Part shown: in pieces, positions 18,324 through 27,729 of the stretch
How the letters are laid out: each line of letters starts with the position of its first letter
Position numbering within the stretch: position 1 is the first letter of the stretch
DNA from: Deltaproteobacteria bacterium
GTDB taxonomy: Bacteria > Myxococcota_A > UBA9042 > PHBI01 > JACKFB01
Direction of reading: 5' to 3'
NCBI GenBank assembly: GCA_020632695.1
Contig: JACKFB010000015.1
Coordinates: 1,291 to 65,290, forward strand
Length of the DNA stretch: 64,000 nucleotides
Translations under genes and position numbers: made by a program
Notes under the pieces: model-generated
Told to the model about the DNA's origin: nothing
Databases searched by the model: none
What the model saw: the letters and a program-made list of their open reading frames with translations, nothing else

Positions 18324-21300
18324 TTGTCGACCCCCAACGACTCGCCCGCCGACGACGTCTTCGACGACGGCGCCCAGCTCGTCGCCGTCATCGGCATGGC
18401 CGGGCGCTTCCCGGGCGCTCCCGACCTCGAGGCCTACTGGGAGCTCATCGCCTCCGGGCGCGAAGGCACCACCCGCTTCGACGCCGCCACGCTGCGCCGC
18501 GCCGGCGTGCCCGATGCGCTCATCGCCGACCCGGCCTTCGTCCCCGTCCGCGGCGTCATCGAGGACGCGGACGCCTTCGACGCCGCCTGCTTCCGCATGA
18601 GCCCACGAGAGGCCGAGCTGACCGATCCCCAGCATCGGCTCTTCCTCGAGACCTGCGCCGCGGCGATGGAGGCCGCCGGGGTGGTCTCGACCCCGGACGG
18701 GCCCCGTGTGGGGGTCTACGCCGGCTGCTCGACCGACACCTACCTCACCGAGGTGCTGCTGCGCGACCGCGCGCTGCTGGACAGCCTCGGCGGGATGCAG
18801 GCGGTGGTCGGGAACGACAAGGACCACCTCGCCACCCGCGTCGCCTACAAGCTGGACCTGCGAGGGCCGGCGCTCACCGTCCAGACGGCGTGCTCGACCT
18901 CGCTGGTGGCCATCCAGCTCGCCTGGCAGGCGCTGACGACCTGGCAGTGCGACATCGCCCTGGCAGGCGGCGCCTCGGTGACCGTGCCGATGATCGACGG
19001 TCACCGACCCCAAGAGGGCGGCATCGTCTCCCACGACGGCCACACGCGCACCTTCGACGCGCGGGCCACGGGCGCCGTGGGCGGCGATGGCGTCGGGGTG
19101 GTGGTGCTCAAGCGGCTCGACGACGCGCTGGCGGACGGCGATCCCATCCGGGCCGTGCTCCGGGCCGTGGCGACCAACAACGACGGCGCGGCGAAGGTCG
19201 GCTACACGGCGCCCGGAGTCACCGGCCAGGCCGCGGTCATCGCCGACGCGCTGCTGGTCGCGGGCGTCGAGGTCGAGAGCATCGGCTACGTCGAGGCCCA
19301 CGGCACCGCGACGCCGCTCGGCGACCCCATCGAGGTGCGCGCGCTCACCCGCGCCTTCCGCGAGCACACGCAGCGCCGCGCCTTCTGCGCGCTGGGCTCC
19401 GCGAAGAGCGCCATCGGCCACCTCAACGCGGCCGCCGGCGTGGCCTCGTTCATCAAGACCGTGCTGGCGCTGGAGCACGCCACCCTGCCGCCGGTGGTGG
19501 GCTTCGAGACCCCGAATCCCCAGCTCGAGCTGGACACCTCGCCCTTCCGCGTGCCCCGGGTGGCCGAGCCGTGGCGCGCCGAGGGCGGGCCCCGGCGGGC
19601 GGGGGTGAGCTCCTTCGGCGTGGGCGGCACCAACGCACACGCGATCCTCGAGGAGGCGCCGCCCGAGGCGCGCCCGGTGGCGGACGACGAGCCCGACCGG
19701 CCGCGTCTGCTGATGCTCAGCGCCCGCTCGGAGCCCTCGCTCGACGCCCTCGCCGACAAGCTCGCCGGCTGGGTCGACGGCCACCCCGAGACCTCCTTCG
19801 CGGCGCTCACCGCCACCCTGGCCGCGCGCCGCCCCTTCGCCCACCGCCGCGCCTGGGTGGCCTCGTCGCTGGGCGAGGCCCGCCAGCAGCTCGCCGGGCC
19901 GCCTGCAGCGGCGGGCGTGGCGCGCCAGGAGCAGCCTTCGCGCATCGCGCTGCTCTTCCCCGGCCAGGGCTCCCAGCGACCCGGCATGGGCGACGGGCTG
20001 TACCGCGGCGACCCGCGCTTCCGCGGCCACATCGACCGCGTGGCCGAACTCTTCGAGCCCCTCATCGGCCGTGACCTGCGCCAGCTCCTCTATCCGGCGC
20101 CCGAGGCCCTGGCGGAGGCCACCGAGCTGCTGGAGGATCAGCTCCACGCGGGGCCCGTGCTCTTCGCCATCTCCTACGCATGCGCCATGCTCTGGATCGA
20201 CCGCGGCGTGGCGCCCGACCTGCTCCTGGGCCAGTCCACCGGCGAGTACGTGGCGGCTGCCATCGGGGGTGTGCTCGAGCTCGAGGACGCCGCGCGCCTG
20301 TTCACGGCGCGAGCCCGCCTCATGGACTCCGTCCCCCGCGGCTCGGTGCTGCACGTCGCCCTGCCGCCCGACGAGCTGACCCCGCTGCTCGCCGACGGCA
20401 CCTGGCTGGCGCTGGTCAACGGCCCGCGCGCCTGCGTGGTCACCGGCCTGCCCGAGCCCGTCGCCGAGCTGGCCGCGCGGCTCGAGGCGCGCGAGGTGCC
20501 CAACCGCCGCGTCCGGGTCTCGGTGCCGGCCCACAGCCCGCTGCTGGCGCCCATCGCCGACGCCCTCGCCGCCGAGGCTCGGACGGTGAGGCTGTCGCCG
20601 CCTCGCATCCCCATGATCTCCGGCACCACGGGCCGTCCGCTCACCGACGCCGAGGCCACCGATCCCGATTACTGGGTGCGGCACCTGCTCGAGCCGGTGG
20701 CCCTGGCCCGCGCCATGGAAACCCTGGGCCAGGACGAGGGCGTCGTGCTGGTGGAGGCCGGCCCCCACCGCTCGATGAGCGCCCTGGCCAGCTACAACCT
20801 CCCCGGCCACGCCGTCCTGGCCAGCCTGCCGGCCGAGGACGATCCGGCGGCCCGCGACCCGGAGCTGGCCGCCCGTCACGAGCTCAGCGGCCTCGCCGCC
20901 TTGTGGGTCGCCGGCGCCGCGCTCCCCGCGGAGGCCCTCGTCGGTCCCGGGGCGCCGCGCCGCGTGGCCCTGCCGCCGACGCCCTTCGAGCGCACCCGCT
21001 ACTGGCCCGAGGCGCGCGACGCTGCCACCGCCACTCGGTCCGCGGCGTCCGCGGCGTCCGCGGCGACCGTCGCCCCGCGCCGGCACCCGCGCCCCGCCAT
21101 CTCCACGCCCCACGTCCCGCCGCGCACCGACGCCGAGCGCCTCGTGGCCGAGATCGTCTCCGACCTGCTCGGCATCGACGGGGTGGGCGCCGAGGACGAC
21201 TTCTTCTCGCTCGGCGGCAGCTCGCTCATCACCCTGCAGCTCATCCAGCAGATCAAGAGCCGCCTCGGCGCCGACCTCCCGCCCGCCGCGGCCTTCCAGG

Positions 21301-22319
21301 GCCTCGATGTCGCGCGCATGGCCGCCTTCCTCGACGACACCCGGATCACGCCGGCCTCGGGCGTGCGCGCCGCCGGCCCCAGCTCGCGCCTGGGCCCCAA
21401 CATCGTCCCGATCCGGCCGGAGGGCAGCCTGCCTCCGCTCTTCTTCGCCCACCCGGCCGCCGGCATCGTGTTCCCCTACTTCGAGCTGGCGCGCCGCCTG
21501 GGCCCCGACCAGCCCTTCTACGGCCTCCAGGCCGCGGGCCTCGACGGCGACGAGGAGCCGGACGCCCGGGTCGAGGAGATGGCCGCGCGCTACCTGCCGC
21601 AGATCCGCGCGATCCAGCCCGAGGGCCCCTACTACCTGGGCGGCTACTCCTTCGGCTGCTACGTCGCCTACGAGATGGCCATGCGCCTGCAGGCGGCTGG
21701 CGCCGAGGTGGCGTTGCTGGCCCTGGTGGACGAAGGCGCCCCGGTGGACGGCCACCGCCCGACCGTGTCGGAGATAAGCCGCCTGTGGCTGGGCAGCGCG
21801 GGGCGCAGCTTCCTCGGGCACCTGCGCGACTACCTGTACCTGCGCTCGCGACAGGGCGGCGGCGACCCCTCCGAGCCGAGGCGGAGCGCCGCCCGGAAGC
21901 TGCTCGGCGGCCGCCGCGCCGGGCTGCGACAGACCACCCTGCGCGCCATGCTCGAGCGCTCGGCCATGGCGGCGCTCCTGCCCACCGACGCGCACGCCAC
22001 CGCCCTGGGCCAGCCAGCCATGCGCCCGCTCTTCGAGCTGCTGCTGCTGCACCTCAAGGAGACCTTCCGCTATGCGCCGCCGGGGGGCTTCCGCGGCCCG
22101 GCGACGCTCTTCAAGTCGGACTGGTCGGTGGAGCGCCCCTTCTGGGAGCGCGTCGACTCCGATCCCACCCTGGGCTGGGCGCGGCTCATCGCGAGCCCGA
22201 TCTCCATCCGCAGGATCTCCGGCGATCACCTCGCCGTGCTGCGCGTCCCCCACGTCGCGCGGTTGGTCGAGGAGCTGGTCCAGGCCCTGGCCGAGGCTCG
22301 CGAGGCGCCCCCCGGATAA
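18324..22319 (+). CDS. type I PKS module KS-AT-ACP-TE
   Basis: TTG start lies 4 nt after the upstream TAG, with GGAG at 18312-18315. Motifs in order:
- KS: TACSTS (Cys codon 18891-18893), EAHGTATPLGDPIE, GSAKSAIGHL.
- AT: GQSTGE, 20229-20246.
- ACP: LGGSSL, Ser codon 21222-21224.
- TE: GGYSFG, Ser codon 21648-21650. Confidence 0.9.
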   Translation: MSTPNDSPADDVFDDGAQLVAVIGMAGRFPGAPDLEAYWELIASGREGTTRFDAATLRRAGVPDALIADPAFVPVRGVIEDADAFDAACFRMSPREAELTDPQHRLFLETCAAAMEAAGVVSTPDGPRVGVYAGCSTDTYLTEVLLRDRALLDSLGGMQAVVGNDKDHLATRVAYKLDLRGPALTVQTACSTSLVAIQLAWQALTTWQCDIALAGGASVTVPMIDGHRPQEGGIVSHDGHTRTFDARATGAVGGDGVGVVVLKRLDDALADGDPIRAVLRAVATNNDGAAKVGYTAPGVTGQAAVIADALLVAGVEVESIGYVEAHGTATPLGDPIEVRALTRAFREHTQRRAFCALGSAKSAIGHLNAAAGVASFIKTVLALEHATLPPVVGFETPNPQLELDTSPFRVPRVAEPWRAEGGPRRAGVSSFGVGGTNAHAILEEAPPEARPVADDEPDRPRLLMLSARSEPSLDALADKLAGWVDGHPETSFAALTATLAARRPFAHRRAWVASSLGEARQQLAGPPAAAGVARQEQPSRIALLFPGQGSQRPGMGDGLYRGDPRFRGHIDRVAELFEPLIGRDLRQLLYPAPEALAEATELLEDQLHAGPVLFAISYACAMLWIDRGVAPDLLLGQSTGEYVAAAIGGVLELEDAARLFTARARLMDSVPRGSVLHVALPPDELTPLLADGTWLALVNGPRACVVTGLPEPVAELAARLEAREVPNRRVRVSVPAHSPLLAPIADALAAEARTVRLSPPRIPMISGTTGRPLTDAEATDPDYWVRHLLEPVALARAMETLGQDEGVVLVEAGPHRSMSALASYNLPGHAVLASLPAEDDPAARDPELAARHELSGLAALWVAGAALPAEALVGPGAPRRVALPPTPFERTRYWPEARDAATATRSAASAASAATVAPRRHPRPAISTPHVPPRTDAERLVAEIVSDLLGIDGVGAEDDFFSLGGSSLITLQLIQQIKSRLGADLPPAAAFQGLDVARMAAFLDDTRITPASGVRAAGPSSRLGPNIVPIRPEGSLPPLFFAHPAAGIVFPYFELARRLGPDQPFYGLQAAGLDGDEEPDARVEEMAARYLPQIRAIQPEGPYYLGGYSFGCYVAYEMAMRLQAAGAEVALLALVDEGAPVDGHRPTVSEISRLWLGSAGRSFLGHLRDYLYLRSRQGGGDPSEPRRSAARKLLGGRRAGLRQTTLRAMLERSAMAALLPTDAHATALGQPAMRPLFELLLLHLKETFRYAPPGGFRGPATLFKSDWSVERPFWERVDSDPTLGWARLIASPISIRRISGDHLAVLRVPHVARLVEELVQALAEAREAPPG

Positions 22320-22391
22320 CGGCGCCGCCGAGGAAGGCCTTTTCATCTCGCGGCAATGCGGCGAACCTGGGCCTCCGGAGGGACTGTCACC

Positions 22392-25300
22392 GTGCCTCGC
22401 TTCAAGGGATACCGGGTCGCCGGTGTCGTCCACGTCGGCGGCATCTCCACGATCTATCGAGCCATTCGCGAGTCCGACGGCTTGCCCGTGGTGCTCAAGT
22501 GGCTCTCCGCGCCCGCGCCGGGCCTCAGCGACCTGGCGCGCTTCCGCGGCGCCTGGGAGATCACCAGGGACCTGGACACGCCCGGCGTCTGCGAGGTGCT
22601 GGGGCTGGAGGAGCACGAGCGGCGGCCGCTGCTGGTCATGCGGGACCACGGCGGGATGAGCGTGGCCGAGCGCATGAGGCTCGGTTCCCTGTCCCTGGTC
22701 GAGGCCCTCACCATCGCGACCGGCGTGGCCGAGACCCTCGCCCGGGTCCATCACGCCGGCGTCGTGCACCGCGACGTCAACCCCGGCAACATCCTCCTCT
22801 CCGCCGACGGGGCGAGCACCGAGCTCATCGACTTCGACCTGGCCTCCCGCCTGCGGGTGGAGCGCGTCGAGGCCCAGAGCGTGCGCAACCTCAGCGGGAC
22901 GCTCCCCTACATCTCGCCCGAGCAGACGGGCCGGATGAACCGCACCGTCGACCACCGCACCGACCTCTACTCGCTGGGCGCCTCGCTCTACGAGATGCTG
23001 ACCGGCGCGCTGCCCTTCACCGACAACGACCCGGCGGCGCTCATCCACGCGCACCTGGCGGTGGCCCCGCGCCCGCCGCACGCGCTGGACCCGCGCGTGC
23101 CCGAGGCGGTGTCGGCCATCGTGATGAAGCTGATGGCGAAGGCGCCGGAGGACCGCTACCAGGGGGCCGCGGGGCTGCGCGCGGATCTCTCGCGCTGCCT
23201 GGAGGCCGTGCGCAGCGGCGCGCCGCTTCCGCCCTTCGAGCTGGGCGAGGGGGACGTGTCGCCGCGCCTGCGCGTGTCCCAGCGTCTGTACGGCCGGGAG
23301 GCCGAGGCGGACACCTTGCTCGGGGCGTTCGGCCGCGCGGCCCGCGACCGCGCCGAGCTGGTGGCGGTCGAGGGCCCCTCGGGCGTCGGCAAGTCCTCGC
23401 TGGTGCGCGAGCTCTACCGCCCCATCGCCGCGCGCCGCGGTCGCTTCGTCTGGGGCAAGTACGACCAGCTCAACGAGGTGCCCTACGCCGGCCTGGCCGA
23501 CGCGCTGGCCGAGCTGGTGCGCGACGTGCTGGCCGAGCCCGAGCACGAGATCGCGCGCTGGCGGGGGCGGCTCGAGGAGGCCCTCGAGGGGGCCGGGTCG
23601 GTGGTCGCTGAGCTGTGCCCCGAGCTGGAGCTGGTCATCGGCCCGCAGGCGCCCGCGCCGGCGCTGGGTCCGGCCGAAGCCCAGAACCGCTTCCAGCGCG
23701 CCCTGGTGCGCTTCATCCAGGCCTTCGCGCGCCCCGAGCACCCGCTGGCCATCTTCCTCGACGACCTCCAGTGGGCCGACCCGCCCACCCTGGAGATCCT
23801 CAGCCGACTGCTGGGCGAGCGGCGCTCGCGCCACCTGCTGGTCATCGGGGCGTGGCGTCCGCAGGAGGTGGGCGCCGCCCACCCGCTGCATCAGACGCTG
23901 GACGCGGTCGCCGCCGGGGGCACCGCCATCACCCGCCTCTGCCTCGAACCGCTGGGACGGCCCGGCGTCGCTGCCCTGCTCGCCGACACCTTGGGACTGG
24001 AGCCGGATCAGGTGGGCGAGCTGGCGGCCGTCGTCTTCGCCAAGACCGCCGGCAACCCCTTCTTCCTCGAGCGCTTCGTCACCGCGCTGGCCGACGACGG
24101 CGGCCTCTACTTCGACGCGGCGTCGGGGCGATGGGCCTGGGATCTCGAGCGGGTGCGCGGCGGCGGCGTCGCCGACAACGTGGCCGCGCTGATGGCGCGC
24201 CGCCTCCAGTCGCTCGACCCGTCGGTCTGCGAGCTGCTCCGGCTGGCGGCCTGCATCGGCGCCCACTTCGATCTGCGCACCCTGAGCGTCATCGCCGGGC
24301 AGTCGCCGGGCGCGGTGGCCGAGCTGCTGTGGCCGGCCATCCAGGAGGACCTGGTCGATCCGCTGGGCGACACCTGGCGGATGGTGCCGCTGCTCGGCAC
24401 GCCCGAGGCCGCCGAGCTCCGCGACGGCGCGGCGGTCATCTACCGCTTCATCCACGACCGGGTCCACGAGGCGGCCTACGCGCTGGTCGCCGAGAGCGAG
24501 CGCGCCGGCGTGCACCTGCGGATCGGGCGGCTCTTGCGCGGCGAGCTCCGCGACGGCGACTCGAGCGACCGCCTCTTCGACCTGGTCAACCAGCTCGACC
24601 GCGGCCGCGCGCTCCTGGACTCCGCCGAGGAGCGGCTCGCGCTGGCGCGGCTCAACCTGGAGGCGGGCGAGCGGGCCATGGGCTCGGCGGCCTACAGCGC
24701 GGCCCGGCGCTACTTCCGCATGGGGCGGGCGCTCCTGCCCGGCGACGCCTGGGCCACGCGACACGCGCTGAGCTGGGCGCTGGTGCGGCTGGACGCCGAG
24801 GTCGCCCTGGTGCTGGGCGAGTTCGAGGAGGCGGCGGCGCACCACGAGCTGCTGGCGGAGCACGCCGCGAGCCGGGCGCAGGAGGTGGACGTCCACCTGA
24901 TGCGGATGGACCGCCTGATGCGCGCGAGCGACAGCGAGGGCACCATCGCCGAGGGGATACGCGCGCTGGCGAAGTTCGGCTTCGAGGCGCCGACCAGCGA
25001 GGCCGGGTGGGGGGACGCCATCGGCCGGGAGGCCATGGCCGTGGCCCAGCGGCTCGACGGCGTGGAGGTCGCCGGCCTGGCGGCGCTGCCGGCGGCCACC
25101 GAGGAGGCGGTGATCCTGGAGATGCGCGTGCTGAGCCGCATGGGGACGCCGGCCTACAACTTCCCGCACGTGCTGGCCTTCGTGACCCATCGGTTGGTGC
25201 GCCTGGCGCTCGAGCACGGCAGCACCCCCGAGACGCCGATGGCGTACATGCTCTTCGGGTTCCTGGCCTGCATGCAGGGGGACTTCGTCCGCGGCGACGC

Positions 25301-27722
25301 CTTCGGCCGGCTCGGGCTGGACCTGCACGCGCGGCAGGGGGCCGGCCCCGGCGCCGAGGCGCCGCTGCAGCACCTCTACGCGACCTTCGTGCACCACTGG
25401 CGCAACCCCTGGACGGACACCCTGACGCGCATGGAGCGTGCGCGAACGCTGGCGCTCCAGACCGGCAACTACGAGACGGCGGGCTGGACCGCGATGAACG
25501 TGCCGTGGCTGGCCTTCGCCTGCGGGCGGCCGCTGCACGAGGCCCGAGCGGCCGCGCGGCGCAACCTGGAGATCGCGCGGGACACCGTCAAGCACGTCGA
25601 CATCGTGCAGGCGCTCACGTGGACCGGCTTGCAGATCGCGAAGTTGACGGGGCACAGCGGCGACGACGACGTGGTAGCCGCTGACGGCGCGAGCGAGGAG
25701 GTGCTGCTCGAGCGCCTGCAGCACTTCGTGCCGATGCTGGCGGCCAACCGGGTCCAGCGCCTGGGCGTGTCCTGCATCCTGGGCGACTGGGAGCAGGCGC
25801 GGGCGGATCTGGAGGCGTTGGAGCAGATCCTCCCGGCCGCGGCCGGGTCGATCTGGGTGGTGGAGGGGACCTTCTACGGCGCGCTGGTGCGCGCGGCGCT
25901 GCTGGCACGGGGTGCCGGTGAGGGGCGAGAGGCCTCCCTGGCGCGGATCGCCGAGGCCGAGGGAGCGCTGGCGGGCTTCGCCGGGCACAGCGCGCACAAC
26001 GTGGCGGCCAAGCACCGGCTGGTGCTCGCCGAGCTGCGCGCCCTCGAGGGCCGCGGCGAGGAGGCGGCGCCGATCTATGAGGAGGCGGTGAGCCTGGCGC
26101 GCGAGCACGGACAGCTCGCCGTGGAGGCGCTGGCCTGCGAGCGCGCGGCGGCCTTCCACGAGGCCGCCGGGCGCGAGCGCATGGCGCGCACCTATCACCA
26201 GGACGCCCACTACGCCTGGGTGCGTTGGGGCGCACGGGCGCGGGTCGAGGCGCTGGAGAAGCGGCGGCCGGAGCTGCGCGGGCGCGACATGGGCACCTCG
26301 ATGCGCGGGACGGTCACGACCCACCAGGGCGACCTGGACATCGCCGCGGTGCTGGCGGCGACGCGCGCCATCTCGGGTGAGATCGTGCTCGAGGATCTGC
26401 TGGCGCGCGTGATGACCACGGTGATCGCCAACGCCGGCGCCGAGCGGGGCAGCCTCATCCTGCGTCGCGGCGGCGAGCTGCTCATCGAGGCGCACGTCGC
26501 GGCGGCCGGGGAGGCGCCCGCGGTGCTGCGCTCGGTCCCCCTGGACGAGGGCATGCTGCCGGCCTCGGTCGTCCGCTACGTCGCCCGCTCGGCGGAGCGG
26601 CTGGTGCTCGACGACGCCTCCTCGAGCGCGCGCTTCGCCAACGACCCCTACATCGTGTCGCGCGGGCCGCGCTCGGTGCTGTGTACGCCGATCACCGAGC
26701 AGAACCGCCTGGTCGGCGTGCTCTACCTCGAGAACCGGCTGGTCTCGAACTGCTTCACCGCCGACCGCTGCGCGCTGCTGGACGTGCTCAGCGCCCAGGC
26801 CGCCATCTCGATCTCGAACGCGCTGCTCTTCCGCCACCAGGAGGAGATGGCCGAGTCCATGCGCCGCTTCGTGCCCCAGCGCCTGCTGCACCTGCTGGGC
26901 AAGGAGAGCATCCTCGACGTGCGGCTGGGAGACGCGGTCGAGCGCCCGATGACCGTGCTCTTCGCCGACATCCGGGGCTTCACGCCGCTCTCGGCCCAGA
27001 TGGAGCCGCAGGCGGTCTTCGACTTCCTGAACGCCTACCTGGCCGAGGTGGGGCCCGTCATCCGCGCCCACGGCGGGTTCATCGACAAGTACATCGGCGA
27101 CGCGGTGATGGCGCTCTTCCCCGACTCGCCCGAGCACGCGGTGGGCGCGGCGCTCGCGCTCACCGAGGTGGTCGCCCGCCACAACCAGCGCCACGCCGCG
27201 CGGGATGCGCCGCCGCTGCGGGTGGGGCTGGGCGTGCACCACGGCCTCACGATGGTCGGGACCATCGGCGAGCGCATGCGCCTGGAGGGCACCGTCATCT
27301 CCGACACCGTCAACACCGCGTCGCGCCTGGAGGGCATGACCAAGGTGCTCGGGGCCGACGTGCTCTGCAGCGCGTCGGCCTTCGCCGCGGTCGCCGAGCC
27401 GAGCCGGTTCCCCCACCGCTACGTGGGCGCGCTGCACCTCAGAGGTCGCGAGGAGACCCTGCCCGTGGTGGAGCTGTTGTCCACCGCGGACAGCGGCACC
27501 GTGGACCGACGCATGGCCACCCGCGAACGCTTCGAGGCGGCCGCGCGTGCCCTGGACGCTGGCGACGCGGCGGCGGCGCGACGGGGCTTCACGGAGGTCC
27601 TGGACGAGACCCCCCGAGGACCGGGTCGCCGAGGCGCTGCGCGACCTGGCCCCGGGCGCCTGAGCCGGGGGCCGCGCGCGGCGAACGGGAGCAGTGGCGA
27701 CGGCCGATGGGCGATCGTATAG
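22392..27722 (+). CDS. multidomain signalling protein: Ser/Thr kinase - P-loop STAND/AAA_16 NTPase - TPR-like region - GAF - class III adenylate/guanylate cyclase
   Basis: The track ORF starts at ATG 22356. GTG 22392 has GGAGG about 10 nt upstream. Motifs in order:
- Kinase: HRDVNPGNIL (22767-), GTLPYISPEQ.
- P-loop: GPSGVGKS, 23373-23396.
- GAF: around nt 26330-26800.
- Cyclase: FADIRGFT (26961-26984), FIDKYIGDAVMALF, DTVNTASRLEG.
The true 3' end may be 27663 (see finding). Confidence 0.85.
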   Translation: MPRFKGYRVAGVVHVGGISTIYRAIRESDGLPVVLKWLSAPAPGLSDLARFRGAWEITRDLDTPGVCEVLGLEEHERRPLLVMRDHGGMSVAERMRLGSLSLVEALTIATGVAETLARVHHAGVVHRDVNPGNILLSADGASTELIDFDLASRLRVERVEAQSVRNLSGTLPYISPEQTGRMNRTVDHRTDLYSLGASLYEMLTGALPFTDNDPAALIHAHLAVAPRPPHALDPRVPEAVSAIVMKLMAKAPEDRYQGAAGLRADLSRCLEAVRSGAPLPPFELGEGDVSPRLRVSQRLYGREAEADTLLGAFGRAARDRAELVAVEGPSGVGKSSLVRELYRPIAARRGRFVWGKYDQLNEVPYAGLADALAELVRDVLAEPEHEIARWRGRLEEALEGAGSVVAELCPELELVIGPQAPAPALGPAEAQNRFQRALVRFIQAFARPEHPLAIFLDDLQWADPPTLEILSRLLGERRSRHLLVIGAWRPQEVGAAHPLHQTLDAVAAGGTAITRLCLEPLGRPGVAALLADTLGLEPDQVGELAAVVFAKTAGNPFFLERFVTALADDGGLYFDAASGRWAWDLERVRGGGVADNVAALMARRLQSLDPSVCELLRLAACIGAHFDLRTLSVIAGQSPGAVAELLWPAIQEDLVDPLGDTWRMVPLLGTPEAAELRDGAAVIYRFIHDRVHEAAYALVAESERAGVHLRIGRLLRGELRDGDSSDRLFDLVNQLDRGRALLDSAEERLALARLNLEAGERAMGSAAYSAARRYFRMGRALLPGDAWATRHALSWALVRLDAEVALVLGEFEEAAAHHELLAEHAASRAQEVDVHLMRMDRLMRASDSEGTIAEGIRALAKFGFEAPTSEAGWGDAIGREAMAVAQRLDGVEVAGLAALPAATEEAVILEMRVLSRMGTPAYNFPHVLAFVTHRLVRLALEHGSTPETPMAYMLFGFLACMQGDFVRGDAFGRLGLDLHARQGAGPGAEAPLQHLYATFVHHWRNPWTDTLTRMERARTLALQTGNYETAGWTAMNVPWLAFACGRPLHEARAAARRNLEIARDTVKHVDIVQALTWTGLQIAKLTGHSGDDDVVAADGASEEVLLERLQHFVPMLAANRVQRLGVSCILGDWEQARADLEALEQILPAAAGSIWVVEGTFYGALVRAALLARGAGEGREASLARIAEAEGALAGFAGHSAHNVAAKHRLVLAELRALEGRGEEAAPIYEEAVSLAREHGQLAVEALACERAAAFHEAAGRERMARTYHQDAHYAWVRWGARARVEALEKRRPELRGRDMGTSMRGTVTTHQGDLDIAAVLAATRAISGEIVLEDLLARVMTTVIANAGAERGSLILRRGGELLIEAHVAAAGEAPAVLRSVPLDEGMLPASVVRYVARSAERLVLDDASSSARFANDPYIVSRGPRSVLCTPITEQNRLVGVLYLENRLVSNCFTADRCALLDVLSAQAAISISNALLFRHQEEMAESMRRFVPQRLLHLLGKESILDVRLGDAVERPMTVLFADIRGFTPLSAQMEPQAVFDFLNAYLAEVGPVIRAHGGFIDKYIGDAVMALFPDSPEHAVGAALALTEVVARHNQRHAARDAPPLRVGLGVHHGLTMVGTIGERMRLEGTVISDTVNTASRLEGMTKVLGADVLCSASAFAAVAEPSRFPHRYVGALHLRGREETLPVVELLSTADSGTVDRRMATRERFEAAARALDAGDAAAARRGFTEVLDETPRGPGRRGAARPGPGRLSRGPRAANGSSGDGRWAIV

Positions 27723-27729
27723 TCGCGCC

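Noticed and set aside
10958-18397. Minus-strand ORFs of 1177 aa (10958-14491) and 1290 aa (14525-18397)
   Set aside because: They are antisense to the NRPS gene and have the same compositional signature (R/G/P/A-rich with low-complexity runs). The plus strand has A, PCP, C, KR and carrier motifs in the correct order.
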